DNA from: a virus
Taxonomy: Duplodnaviria; Caudoviricetes
Direction: 5' to 3' (one strand)
IMG/VR virus record: IMGVR_UViG_3300031965_000118
Coordinates: 1-29,033 of that record
Length of the DNA: 29,033 bases
This document shows, piece after piece, positions 6,470 to 15,038 of this stretch; position 1 is the stretch's first letter, and every line of letters begins with the position of its first letter. The notes below the pieces were generated by a model. The model saw only the letters and a list, made by a program, of their open reading frames with translations. It was not told the origin of the DNA and ran no database searches. The position numbers were made by a program, and so were the translations under genes.

Positions 6470-6805
6470 TGTGGAAAACTCCCCAATAATGAGCAAAAAA
6501 AAGGCTGTGGATAAACTGTGGAATGCGGGTGCAGTAAGAAAAATACTGCACCCGTTTTTATACTACTTATTTTTACTATTGTCAATTATTATACAATAAA
6601 AATAATGGTTTGTAAAATCTTCGGGTGCAGTAAGCAGTATGGGTGCAGTATTTTACCTCTTTACTGCACCCAAATTTATCAATAAACACGGGGGGAAACA
6701 ACCACTTGGTGCAGTAAAACAGTAAAAAGTGAATTCCTCCTTTTTGTAGAAAAAAGGAAAGTGTATATATATAAAGAATTCACTTTTTACTGCTTTACTG
6801 CACCC
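6470..6805. promoter_or_regulatory. Putative replication origin: GGGTGCAGTA iterons in both orientations plus DnaA-box-like sites
   Basis: Iterons at 6527+, 6544-, 6623+, 6641+, 6662-, 6707+ (one mismatch), 6796-. 29-bp IR 6708-6736/6776-6804. TGTGGATAA 6506-6514 and TGTGGAAAA 6470-6478. AT-rich spacers. Confidence 0.65.
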
Positions 6806-6861
6806 GATCAGGATTTTCGGTAGTCTTTTTTTTTGCAAATTTCCCCCCCCAATCAATCTGC

Positions 6862-6890
6862 TTGACAAGTTTTTAAACGCTTGCGAAAAT
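6862..6890 (+). promoter_or_regulatory. Possible rightward promoter for the packaging operon
   Basis: TTGACA (6862-6867), 17 bp, GAAAAT (6885-6890); imperfect -10. Confidence 0.35.
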
Positions 6891-7157
6891 GAAGATAGAA
6901 AAATCAAAATCATACCTATGTTAAAAATCCAAAAGCAGCCTCAAAATAATTTCTACTAATAAATTGTTTTGCGGTTGCTTTTTTTAGTTGGCTCCCGATT
7001 GGCGGCTTTCTTAAAAAGGTTAAGGGTCTTTGGGGCTAAGAGAATTTGGTTTCTTAGCCCCGCTAAGCCCTTTGTGGCTATGTGGGTATTAAAATCGTCC
7101 GAACGCCCCGCCTCGTTGATTGTGTGGCCTCTACAGTAACGCAAGCCTATCCCCTCT

Positions 7158-7790
7158 ATGTCAGACGAAACTCAAATAATAGAAAAACCGGCGATTGAGA
7201 TTGCCGACGGCTCAAAGCCGTTTGTGAATAATTTGAAATGGGAAATTTTCTGTCAGCTATATTCTCGGCATCCAAATTATTTAGGTAACGGCGCCGAGTC
7301 TTACGGTAAGGCGTGGGGGACGAATAACCTGAAAGCGATGTCAGCTGGTGGTTGGCGGTTATTAAAAAATCCTGAAATTTTACAAAGAGTCCAGTATTTA
7401 TTTAGCAAACATACTCTTAACGATGTTGTCGTGGACGGTGAATTGGCGTTTGTCCTTTTGCAAAGAGAAGAACTGTCGTCAAAGATGCAGGCGATTAAGG
7501 AGTATAACAAGATGAAGGGCCGGGTGATTGATAGGGTAGCTCATGAGATTGATGTCAATGATTTAATCGATAAGTTATATGAAATTAAACGAGACAACGT
7601 TGAAAGCCCTAAGCGACAAACAGTGGAGAGTAAACAATCTATACAAGATAATAAGCAAAAAGGGCAAGCTGACAACATACAAGCACAACGAAGTCCAGAG
7701 CCTGATAGAGAAAAACAGAACACAAAAGAACATAATCTTGAAGGCCCGGCAGATGGGAGTAACGACTTACGAGGTGATAGATTGTCTTGA
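7158..7790 (+). CDS. terS: Terminase small subunit
   Basis: KWEIFCQLY...GNGAESYGKAWG...SAGGWRLLKNPEI HTH pattern, directly upstream of TerL. Confidence 0.75.
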   Translation: MSDETQIIEKPAIEIADGSKPFVNNLKWEIFCQLYSRHPNYLGNGAESYGKAWGTNNLKAMSAGGWRLLKNPEILQRVQYLFSKHTLNDVVVDGELAFVLLQREELSSKMQAIKEYNKMKGRVIDRVAHEIDVNDLIDKLYEIKRDNVESPKRQTVESKQSIQDNKQKGQADNIQAQRSPEPDREKQNTKEHNLEGPADGSNDLRGDRLS

Positions 7791-9117
7791 TGATTGTTTA
7801 TTCAATAAAAATTTTAACGCTGTCATCATCGCTCATGAGATGAAAGCGCTGGAGAGTATTTTTAGAAAAGTTCAAACAGCTTGGAAAGAATTCTATTCTT
7901 GTGTTGGGGGACATATTGGATTCAGAGCTGATATGAGCCGGACGAATATGTTGTCGTTTAATAACGGATCGGTTATAAAGATCGCTCTTTCAAGTAGAGG
8001 CGAGACTGTCAGCCGATTACATATTTCTGAATTCGGAAAAATTTGCCGGCAGTATCCTTTGAAAGCTGAAGAGATTATTACGGGAGCGTTTCCGTCAGTG
8101 CCGGCTGACGGCCGGATAGATATTGAAAGTACCGCCGAAGGAGAAATTGGGTCGTTCTGCGATATGTTCTGGGAAGCGTGGGAGAGTAAATCAAATTTCA
8201 AAGCGCATTTCTTCCCGTGGCATATCTTTGACGAATACCGGACGCAAGCACAAATTATTGTTCCGCCTAAATTAAAAGAGTATCAAGTCCAGCATGATTT
8301 AGATGACGAACAGATCGCCTGGTATTATCTGCAAAGCCGGGAACTGAAAGATAAAATAAAACAAGAGCATCCCAGTACGCCGGAAGAAGCGTTTGAGTCG
8401 TCAGGATATAAAGTTTTCAATGTAGATATTTTAAATAAACGACTGAAGCGAGATATTGAGGATGGTGAGAGAATTGGGAAATGGATTTTTTACGAAGAGT
8501 ATCAGCCCAATCATCTTTACGCGTTAGGCGCCGACCCGGCAGAAGGTGTGGGTAGGGACAGTAGCGCGGCGCACATTATTGATTTCAGTTACCGGTTAGA
8601 GAACGGACAATTAAAACCAAAAATCGTCGGAGTATTTGAGGACAATAAAATCCAACCGGATATATTCGCGTATGAACTAAAACGAGGCGGGTCACGGTAT
8701 GGAGAATGCCTGATTGCTGTTGAGCGAAACAATACCGGATTAGCGGCGCTGACAGTTTTGAAAACTATTTATCAAAACATTTACACTGAAGTCAGGCGAG
8801 GATTGACGGAAGAAAAAGAAACAACGCGGCTGGGGTTCCTGACGACAACAGCGACAAAATCAACAATCATTAATAATTTATCAACGGCGATCAATGAAGA
8901 CGATATTCTTATTCCCGATAAGGCGACACTGAAAGAGCTGAAGATGTTTGACGAGGATCATTTGCGACAAATCCGTTACGATCCAAACCTTAGTCATCAT
9001 TTGGACAGAGTGATGAGTCTGGCGATAGCGTATGAGATGAGAAACTTCGTTGGGTTCGGACAGACAGTAGAGATGACCGAGCCGGTGATGAGCGATCCCT
9101 ATGCTACATTTAATTAA
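7579..9117 (+). CDS. terL: Terminase large subunit
   Basis: Walker A ILKARQMGVTT, Walker B LHISE, coupling motif IESTA, nuclease GADPAEG...DSS, VERNN and DRVMSLAIA. Confidence 0.92.
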   Translation: MKLNETTLKALSDKQWRVNNLYKIISKKGKLTTYKHNEVQSLIEKNRTQKNIILKARQMGVTTYEVIDCLDDCLFNKNFNAVIIAHEMKALESIFRKVQTAWKEFYSCVGGHIGFRADMSRTNMLSFNNGSVIKIALSSRGETVSRLHISEFGKICRQYPLKAEEIITGAFPSVPADGRIDIESTAEGEIGSFCDMFWEAWESKSNFKAHFFPWHIFDEYRTQAQIIVPPKLKEYQVQHDLDDEQIAWYYLQSRELKDKIKQEHPSTPEEAFESSGYKVFNVDILNKRLKRDIEDGERIGKWIFYEEYQPNHLYALGADPAEGVGRDSSAAHIIDFSYRLENGQLKPKIVGVFEDNKIQPDIFAYELKRGGSRYGECLIAVERNNTGLAALTVLKTIYQNIYTEVRRGLTEEKETTRLGFLTTTATKSTIINNLSTAINEDDILIPDKATLKELKMFDEDHLRQIRYDPNLSHHLDRVMSLAIAYEMRNFVGFGQTVEMTEPVMSDPYATFN

Positions 9118-9157
9118 AAAATTATTATTGTGGATTAATATCCATAACGAAAACCCT

Positions 9158-9403
9158 ATGGACACCAAAAAAATGAAAGAGAGAAAAGCAGAATTAGAAA
9201 ATGAGGCTAAAGATTTACATGAGAAGCGGAGTAAATTTTTAGATCAGATTAAATTAATTGACCGGCGGCAGGAACAAATCGCTGGCGCGTGTTATGAGAT
9301 TTTAAAATTAATTAAAGCAGAAGAGCCGGAAGAAGAAGCCGTGACTGAAGTGATGAAAGGCGACTTAAAAGAACCGGCGACTGTTAAGGACATTAATAGG
9401 TAA
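9158..9403 (+). CDS. Small coiled-coil hypothetical protein
   Basis: 81 aa from ATG 9158; charged heptad-like sequence. Confidence 0.6.
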   Translation: MDTKKMKERKAELENEAKDLHEKRSKFLDQIKLIDRRQEQIAGACYEILKLIKAEEPEEEAVTEVMKGDLKEPATVKDINR

Positions 9404-9407
9404 AACT

Positions 9408-9584
9408 ATGTCAAGCCACAAACATTATCATTGCGAGCATAAGAGTTTAATTCACTGCGTTTTAGGTAATATAGTTTATTGCACTGATTGCAAAGAGGAG
9501 TGGACAAAATATTATACCCCTTGTTGGGCTCCAGGTGGGAGTCCAAACGCTCCTTGGCATCCCACGAAGTGTTGTGGACATTAA
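9408..9584 (+). CDS. Small Cys/His-rich protein (58 aa, missed by ORF track)
   Basis: MSSHKHYHCEHKSLIHCVLGNIVYCTDCKEEWTKYYTPCWAPGGSPNAPWHPTKCCGH*; TAATG overlap with the next gene. Confidence 0.55.
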   Translation: MSSHKHYHCEHKSLIHCVLGNIVYCTDCKEEWTKYYTPCWAPGGSPNAPWHPTKCCGH

Positions 9585-10207
9585 TGAAAGAGGTTAAATT
9601 CTCTGAATTATGTCATCCAACAAGTAAGCAGGACGAGGCGTTTGTAGCTGTGAATGCTTATAAATATGTCCTTTATGGTGGAGCAATGGGGGGAGGAAAG
9701 AGTTTTTTCATCCGTTGGTGTTTATTAAAATTATTAAGGGAGTATTACCAAGCTGGTTTAACGGCTGATGAGAATGCTAAGGCTATAAAGGAGTTAAGCG
9801 GGGATGAAGAGTATCGGTATTCGGTAGCTGACCCGTCTATTTTTGCTAAGACGGGTCTGCCAGAGAGTATTGCTGATGTTCTAAGGCGTAACGGGATAGA
9901 TTGTTATCCCGGCAGTAATGACCGGATAGCTGGCTGGAATTTTGTCAGACAGTATTTAAGGACAGAGAAGTTAAAAATATTCACGACTTGTGTTAATACA
10001 ATCAGGACTATCCCTGAAATGCTGCACGATAGCTATAAGCCGGAGGATTTAGATACTAAGCTGGACGATCATGCGGCGGATTGTGCCAGGTATTTTTTAC
10101 AAACATTACGGGCGCGGAAAACTAAAGAACCTTTAACCGGGGCTAATCCCCCTACAACGGGGGGTACAATTTATCTAACGGAGAACTCAACTTGTGAACA
10201 TAATTAA
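9584..10207 (+). pseudogene. Second, internally deleted terminase large subunit (in-frame, 207 aa)
   Basis: N-terminal PTSKQ...VLYGGAMGGGKS Walker A joined directly to the nuclease C-terminal part (REYY...ADPSIF...NDRIAGW...DHAADCARY). Walker B and the first nuclease Asp are absent. Confidence 0.75.
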
Positions 10208-10212
10208 AACCT

Positions 10213-12243
10213 ATGGCCTCTAAACCGGCGGTTCAAATAACTAAAGACAGTATTGATGAAGCGATGCAAGCCTCGCCGCAGTTTAGTGATTTCAATAACG
10301 AGCAGAGAGAATACGCCCGGCTGATGTGGGCCGAGCTAGTCCGAATGCGGGATGAGCGACAACAGACACACGACGGGTTTGATGGGTTGACCCTTGAGCG
10401 GTATGTGGAGCTAAACGCTAAACGATCAAATACTTATATTCCGCCACGGAAAAATGTTAGCGATGACCGGCTGACAGCTGGATTGGCCAGAGAAAAACTA
10501 TTGGCCATAGCGTCGCATTTGAATCGCTTAAATCTTGAGCCGGAAGTTCACTCGTATAACAAAGACAACGACGAGGATGTGATTATTGGCCGGAGCCTGA
10601 CGCATGCTATCAGGAAATCACGGAAGATGGAAAACGATCAGGAAAAGAAACTGGCGCGGATATTTACATTATTGGAACAGGGGACAGTTTTTATTGAGGA
10701 GGGATGGCGGCCATCAACATTTACTAAAAAGAAAATTAAGAATAAGAAAAAACTTGATCCGGCCAAAGGATTTGAGGGACTTGATTGGATTGAGGAGACG
10801 AAGACTTTATATTCAGCCGAAAGCCAGTTAATTGGGATGGAGAATGTTTTTTTAGGGAACGCCTATGAGGCGGAAGCCAGTAAACAGACGAAATTATTTA
10901 CAGTTGAAATCAAATCGTTTGAGGAAGCAAAATCAATATTTCAAAAATGGGCGAATTGGAAATATGTTAAGCCCGGGCTAGCGACTGGCCTAAACGAGAC
11001 CAGTGAGACTTTGAGATATAGAGACTATACGTTAAACAATATTAAAAATGACGAAGTTGAAATTATTAAGTATCAGGATTGGTTGTGTGATGAGTATCAA
11101 ATCATTGTTAATGGAGTTTATATGTTGCCATTCGGGTTTCCCCAGCCGTGGGAGTGGGACGGAGGGAGCATCGCCTGGCAGATATACGAGTTAATTTCTC
11201 CCAGATTCGCTTACGGTAAATCGTTAATGTCAAAAGTTGGGATTGAGGATGACTTATTGACAGAACAGTTAAGGATGATGATGAGAAAGACTAAGCAGTC
11301 ATATAATCCGCCGGTGGCCAATACTAACAGCCGACGATTACCGCCACGGATATTTGACGCGGGAGTTATTTGGAACGGGATAGATGCCAATAAGATTAAA
11401 CGACTGATTGATCATCAGGGAGTAACCGGCTCGGAGGTTCAGATGTTTTCTATAATAAAAGATTTCATTGATGCTAAATCAATTTCACGGCTGGCACAGG
11501 GCCAACAGCCGTCACGACAGGCGACTGCGACAGAAATTTTGGAACTACAACGGCAAGCGCAGATTAATATTGGGCTGTCATTATTCTCGGTGATGTTATT
11601 GGAAAAGAAAATCTCGGAATTGAGAATGAATAATATTTTAGTTAATTGGACTAAACCGATTGATCAGGAGTTTGACGAGACCAGACAACGGCTGGTGAAT
11701 AAACATAAAACGATTGTGATTGATAACGCTAATGTTGGCGACAAGGAAGTAACGGAAAAAATTAAGTTTACCGATGAAGATATTGATTTCGTTAAGGCCA
11801 GAGAAATGTCAAAGAAAATGTTTGAAGAAGAACGGGCGGGAGGCGAAAAAGTTAAGACGGTAGTCATTTCAACGCCTATTTTAAGCAGACTAAAATACAG
11901 TCATCAGGTGACGATCGTGCCGACACAGGAAGAAAATGATAATTTAAATAAGATTTTATTGACTGAAGAATTCACGCAGGCGGCCAACATGTTCGGATTG
12001 GAAGCATTGAATGCTGATTTCTATAAACGGAAACACGCTAGGGTCTGGGGAAATAATGTTGAGGAAGCGTTTGCTCAATTAGGGGAACAGGCTAAGGAGC
12101 GGGTTTTAGAGGAAAAGATGATGGGTGGGGAGGTTGCTAAAAGAGGGGGTAATAAAGGGACGGCAGGAGTCCGGCGGGGGATGGCGGAAAGGCCGGAGAA
12201 AGAAATGGCTGAGGTTGGGATTGAAGAAATGGTAAGGAGATAA
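10213..12243 (+). CDS. Portal protein (P22-like)
   Basis: 676 aa following the terminase; AYGKSL..K, ISRLAQGQ...TATEI motifs typical of podovirus portals. Confidence 0.8.
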   Translation: MASKPAVQITKDSIDEAMQASPQFSDFNNEQREYARLMWAELVRMRDERQQTHDGFDGLTLERYVELNAKRSNTYIPPRKNVSDDRLTAGLAREKLLAIASHLNRLNLEPEVHSYNKDNDEDVIIGRSLTHAIRKSRKMENDQEKKLARIFTLLEQGTVFIEEGWRPSTFTKKKIKNKKKLDPAKGFEGLDWIEETKTLYSAESQLIGMENVFLGNAYEAEASKQTKLFTVEIKSFEEAKSIFQKWANWKYVKPGLATGLNETSETLRYRDYTLNNIKNDEVEIIKYQDWLCDEYQIIVNGVYMLPFGFPQPWEWDGGSIAWQIYELISPRFAYGKSLMSKVGIEDDLLTEQLRMMMRKTKQSYNPPVANTNSRRLPPRIFDAGVIWNGIDANKIKRLIDHQGVTGSEVQMFSIIKDFIDAKSISRLAQGQQPSRQATATEILELQRQAQINIGLSLFSVMLLEKKISELRMNNILVNWTKPIDQEFDETRQRLVNKHKTIVIDNANVGDKEVTEKIKFTDEDIDFVKAREMSKKMFEEERAGGEKVKTVVISTPILSRLKYSHQVTIVPTQEENDNLNKILLTEEFTQAANMFGLEALNADFYKRKHARVWGNNVEEAFAQLGEQAKERVLEEKMMGGEVAKRGGNKGTAGVRRGMAERPEKEMAEVGIEEMVRR

Positions 12244-12244
12244 T

Positions 12245-12679
12245 ATGGGATGGTTTTTAAAACATAAAATAGACAAGAAAATAATTAAGGAAATTTTAGA
12301 CGAGACGATAAAACATAACGGCTGTGATTGTCCGCTTAATATAGAAGACCAGTTGGGAGCGATTAATGTTAAAGTCAACCTTGACGGGCATGAGTCGGCA
12401 GTAAAGACGATAGACTATAAAAAGGAAGCGGATGTGTTATTGGGGATAGGAATGTTTGGGCAGGAGATAAAAGAGTATATTGCCGAACAGTTTCAGGAAT
12501 TGGCGTTGGAGAATGAGAAAGAGTTAGCAAAGATTATAAGAGGGAAGATTTACGGCGCCAGTGAGTTTTATGCCAGGATTAAAGCATACTCACTTGAATA
12601 CGAAGATTATTTAAAAGGATTAGGAAACAAAACTATTGATGTTTCGGGGGACGGAGAAACAATAGAGTCGGATCAGTAG
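12245..12679 (+). CDS. Hypothetical protein between portal and scaffold
   Basis: 144-aa ORF coupled to the portal stop. Confidence 0.7.
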   Translation: MGWFLKHKIDKKIIKEILDETIKHNGCDCPLNIEDQLGAINVKVNLDGHESAVKTIDYKKEADVLLGIGMFGQEIKEYIAEQFQELALENEKELAKIIRGKIYGASEFYARIKAYSLEYEDYLKGLGNKTIDVSGDGETIESDQ

Positions 12680-12742
12680 TTATTATTCGGGGAGTCGCTG
12701 ACCCCAGTTAATAAAAACAGTGGTTAAATAATAATTAAAAAT

Positions 12743-13420
12743 ATGCTAGATGAAAATTTGGATGATAACATAACGGATGATAAGGGAGACCCTGAAATTG
12801 AGAGTATGGAAATTGAAGATGAGTCGGGGGAAAAAGTTCAGGTCGTGAAGAAAGAGGCCCTAGAAAAATACCAAGCTGAATTAAAGACAATTATTGACGA
12901 GATGGGAAGTCAGGTTAAGACCCTAAAAACGGAGCTAGAAAAAGAAAAAGGGAAAGATAAGAACTTTAACAAATTAAGGAATCTCAAACTGTCGGAATTA
13001 TCGGAAGAAGAGAAAAAAGGACTGACGGAAAAAGAACAAGCGATCCTTGAAAAACAGGAGACGCTAGAGAACAGGATTCAAAGTTTTGAGGTTAGGGAGA
13101 AAGAGACATACAAAGACGAATCGTTACGGGAACTGGCGGTATTTGAAGAAGACGAGCGGAAAAAAGTTTTGGCTAACTTCAATCGGCTGACTGATCCGGC
13201 TTCTACCCGGGCGGAGATAGCCTCCAAGATGACTGAAGCGTATCGGATGACATACGGGACGACGCCGGGGACATCCGCTGGCGGACTAAACGAGGTCGTT
13301 CCGTTTTCAGGGAGCCGTGGCGCTGGGGGGAGGAAAGAACCGGGGTTTGCTGATACGCCACAAGGAAAAGCGTTAGCTAAAAAACTTAATCTAGGAATAT
13401 CAAAGGAGGCCAAAGAATAA
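12743..13420 (+). CDS. Capsid scaffolding protein (putative)
   Basis: Acidic N-terminus, long coiled coil, Gly/Pro linker and short C-terminal helix; position upstream of the capsid genes. Confidence 0.65.
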   Translation: MLDENLDDNITDDKGDPEIESMEIEDESGEKVQVVKKEALEKYQAELKTIIDEMGSQVKTLKTELEKEKGKDKNFNKLRNLKLSELSEEEKKGLTEKEQAILEKQETLENRIQSFEVREKETYKDESLRELAVFEEDERKKVLANFNRLTDPASTRAEIASKMTEAYRMTYGTTPGTSAGGLNEVVPFSGSRGAGGRKEPGFADTPQGKALAKKLNLGISKEAKE

Positions 13421-13421
13421 T

Positions 13422-13964
13422 ATGCCAACAACATTAAGCACAAAAGAACAGATGCCGGCTGATAATAAAAAAGAGACAGTTGAGATTAATAAAGAAGATT
13501 ATAAATCGCTTTTAAACCGGATCACTAAGCTGGAGAAAGGGATCGTTGACGATAGTATCCTTGACCGGCCGGCGGAACATTTTGTCGGGGTCAGAATGAT
13601 GGACGATAAATATGTCATTGATTACGGTAAGCCATTTGAAAAGATTACTATAAAGGGCGAGCCGGAACTATGGATTTATTTATTGTTACTGGACACAAAC
13701 ACTAACAAAGAAGAAAAAGTTGAGATTAGGTATCTTGAATTCATTAAAAGCCTCAAGCAGGTTAAAGCCAAAATCATTGAGAAAAGTGTTAAGGAAAAAG
13801 TTGAGACGCAAGGGTATGTTACCAAGAAAAATGTTGACGGATACAAAACAGTTGATACTGGAGTCAAAGTCCCAGCAAGGGTGATTTCACCAGAAGCCAG
13901 CTATCTTGTTGAGATAGAAGGTGTTGGGCATCAGCTGACATTAAAGGAAAAGGCGATTAATTAA
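13422..13964 (+). CDS. Hypothetical protein
   Basis: 180-aa ORF, coupled start. Confidence 0.7.
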   Translation: MPTTLSTKEQMPADNKKETVEINKEDYKSLLNRITKLEKGIVDDSILDRPAEHFVGVRMMDDKYVIDYGKPFEKITIKGEPELWIYLLLLDTNTNKEEKVEIRYLEFIKSLKQVKAKIIEKSVKEKVETQGYVTKKNVDGYKTVDTGVKVPARVISPEASYLVEIEGVGHQLTLKEKAIN

Positions 13965-13971
13965 AACAATT

Positions 13972-14376
13972 ATGTTTAATAGGGTTGAAAAGAAAATTAA
14001 AAAAGAAGAAAATAAACTGACATCTGAACGCAACGCGAGATGTATTCCGATAGCTAATAAAATTCTTAAAAAAATCGTGGAATGTGAGATCAAAGATAAA
14101 CCGCAATACGAATTATCAAAAGACTATAATCAGATAATCGTTGATATTATTCAGATTCTGTTGGACGAGGGAGCTAAGGCGCATGAGGTGAATTATATTT
14201 TGCAGTTAGTATTACTGCCAGTTGATGTGGTAAAGGAAACAGTCAGCAAAACACTTAATAAGCATTTATCCACAGCCGCGGATAATTTGTGGATAAAAGA
14301 AAGCGGGCGGAAGTATGAAGAGATACTTGTAATTGATATTGACCGGACACTTAAAACTGAAGCGATAGTCAAGTAA
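13972..14376 (+). CDS. Hypothetical protein
   Basis: 134-aa helical ORF in the operon. Confidence 0.7.
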   Translation: MFNRVEKKIKKEENKLTSERNARCIPIANKILKKIVECEIKDKPQYELSKDYNQIIVDIIQILLDEGAKAHEVNYILQLVLLPVDVVKETVSKTLNKHLSTAADNLWIKESGRKYEEILVIDIDRTLKTEAIVK

Positions 14377-14386
14377 TGGCGAATTA

Positions 14387-14531
14387 GGTGACTTAAATTA
14401 AAATTAAAATTTTAACTTGAGTCACTCATACTCGTTACATACTTTTTCGTTAAAAGTAATTGAGAAGCAAAGCTTCTCTATCCTTCGTAAGTTGTAATCG
14501 TCAAACAACTCGTGGTAGATAACCGCTGTAA
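14387..14531 (+). ncRNA. Multi-hairpin intergenic structure upstream of the capsid genes
   Basis: Five hairpins: 14387-14426, 14440-14458, 14462-14478, 14490-14510, 14512-14526. TTACA 14435-14439 can pair with TGTAA 14527-14531. Confidence 0.4.
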
Positions 14532-14556
14532 GTCTAATAATTAACCCAAAAAGATT

Positions 14557-14988
14557 ATGTCTTTTGTATTAGCAAAAGGCCGAGCTAGACTTGAGTGGTA
14601 TCCAAAGGTAGCGTCAACCGCTTTCACGAATGGAGCGCTCGTTTACGCTGACGGCAGCGGAGCTATTCAGCCGGCTGATTCAACATCAGGCGATCATATT
14701 GGTGTCATTCAAAAAACTATCGCTTCAACGGACAGTGATTATGCTGATACCACAATGGTTCCGGTGTTAGTGCCAGCTGACGATACTGAATGGGACGCCA
14801 CAGTCGCGTCCGGCACGGCTTTAACAACCGCTATGGTTGGCAATAGGTATGACTTAAGCGATTCGCTTGAACTTAATGTTGGAGCGACCGCGAAACAAGT
14901 CGTGACTGTCACGAAATTCATTTCAGCCACTAAAGCCAGAGTGAAGATCAATGCCATGATAGCCGTGGCCAATGTGGCAACCACCTAA
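14557..14988 (+). CDS. Capsid decoration/cement protein (putative)
   Basis: 143-aa Ala/Thr/Val-rich beta protein immediately upstream of the major capsid gene. Confidence 0.6.
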   Translation: MSFVLAKGRARLEWYPKVASTAFTNGALVYADGSGAIQPADSTSGDHIGVIQKTIASTDSDYADTTMVPVLVPADDTEWDATVASGTALTTAMVGNRYDLSDSLELNVGATAKQVVTVTKFISATKARVKINAMIAVANVATT

Positions 14989-15038
14989 AATTAATTTAAT
15001 TTTAGGCTCTTTAATTTTTAATCAACTAACCAATTCCT

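Noticed and set aside
6527-6805. GGGTGCAGTA repeats as a CRISPR array
   Set aside because: Repeats are only 10 bp, occur in both orientations and are irregularly spaced; no cas operon is present
6394-7144. ORF-track ORFs in the origin region (6394-6585, 6653-6913, 6956-7144)
   Set aside because: They run across iterons, palindromes and homopolymers, use non-ATG starts and have no protein-like motifs
9488-9583. TTG-start N-terminal extension of the second terminase
   Set aside because: Overlaps the Cys/His-rich ORF; ATG 9584 has TAATG coupling and sits at a typical TerL start distance from Walker A
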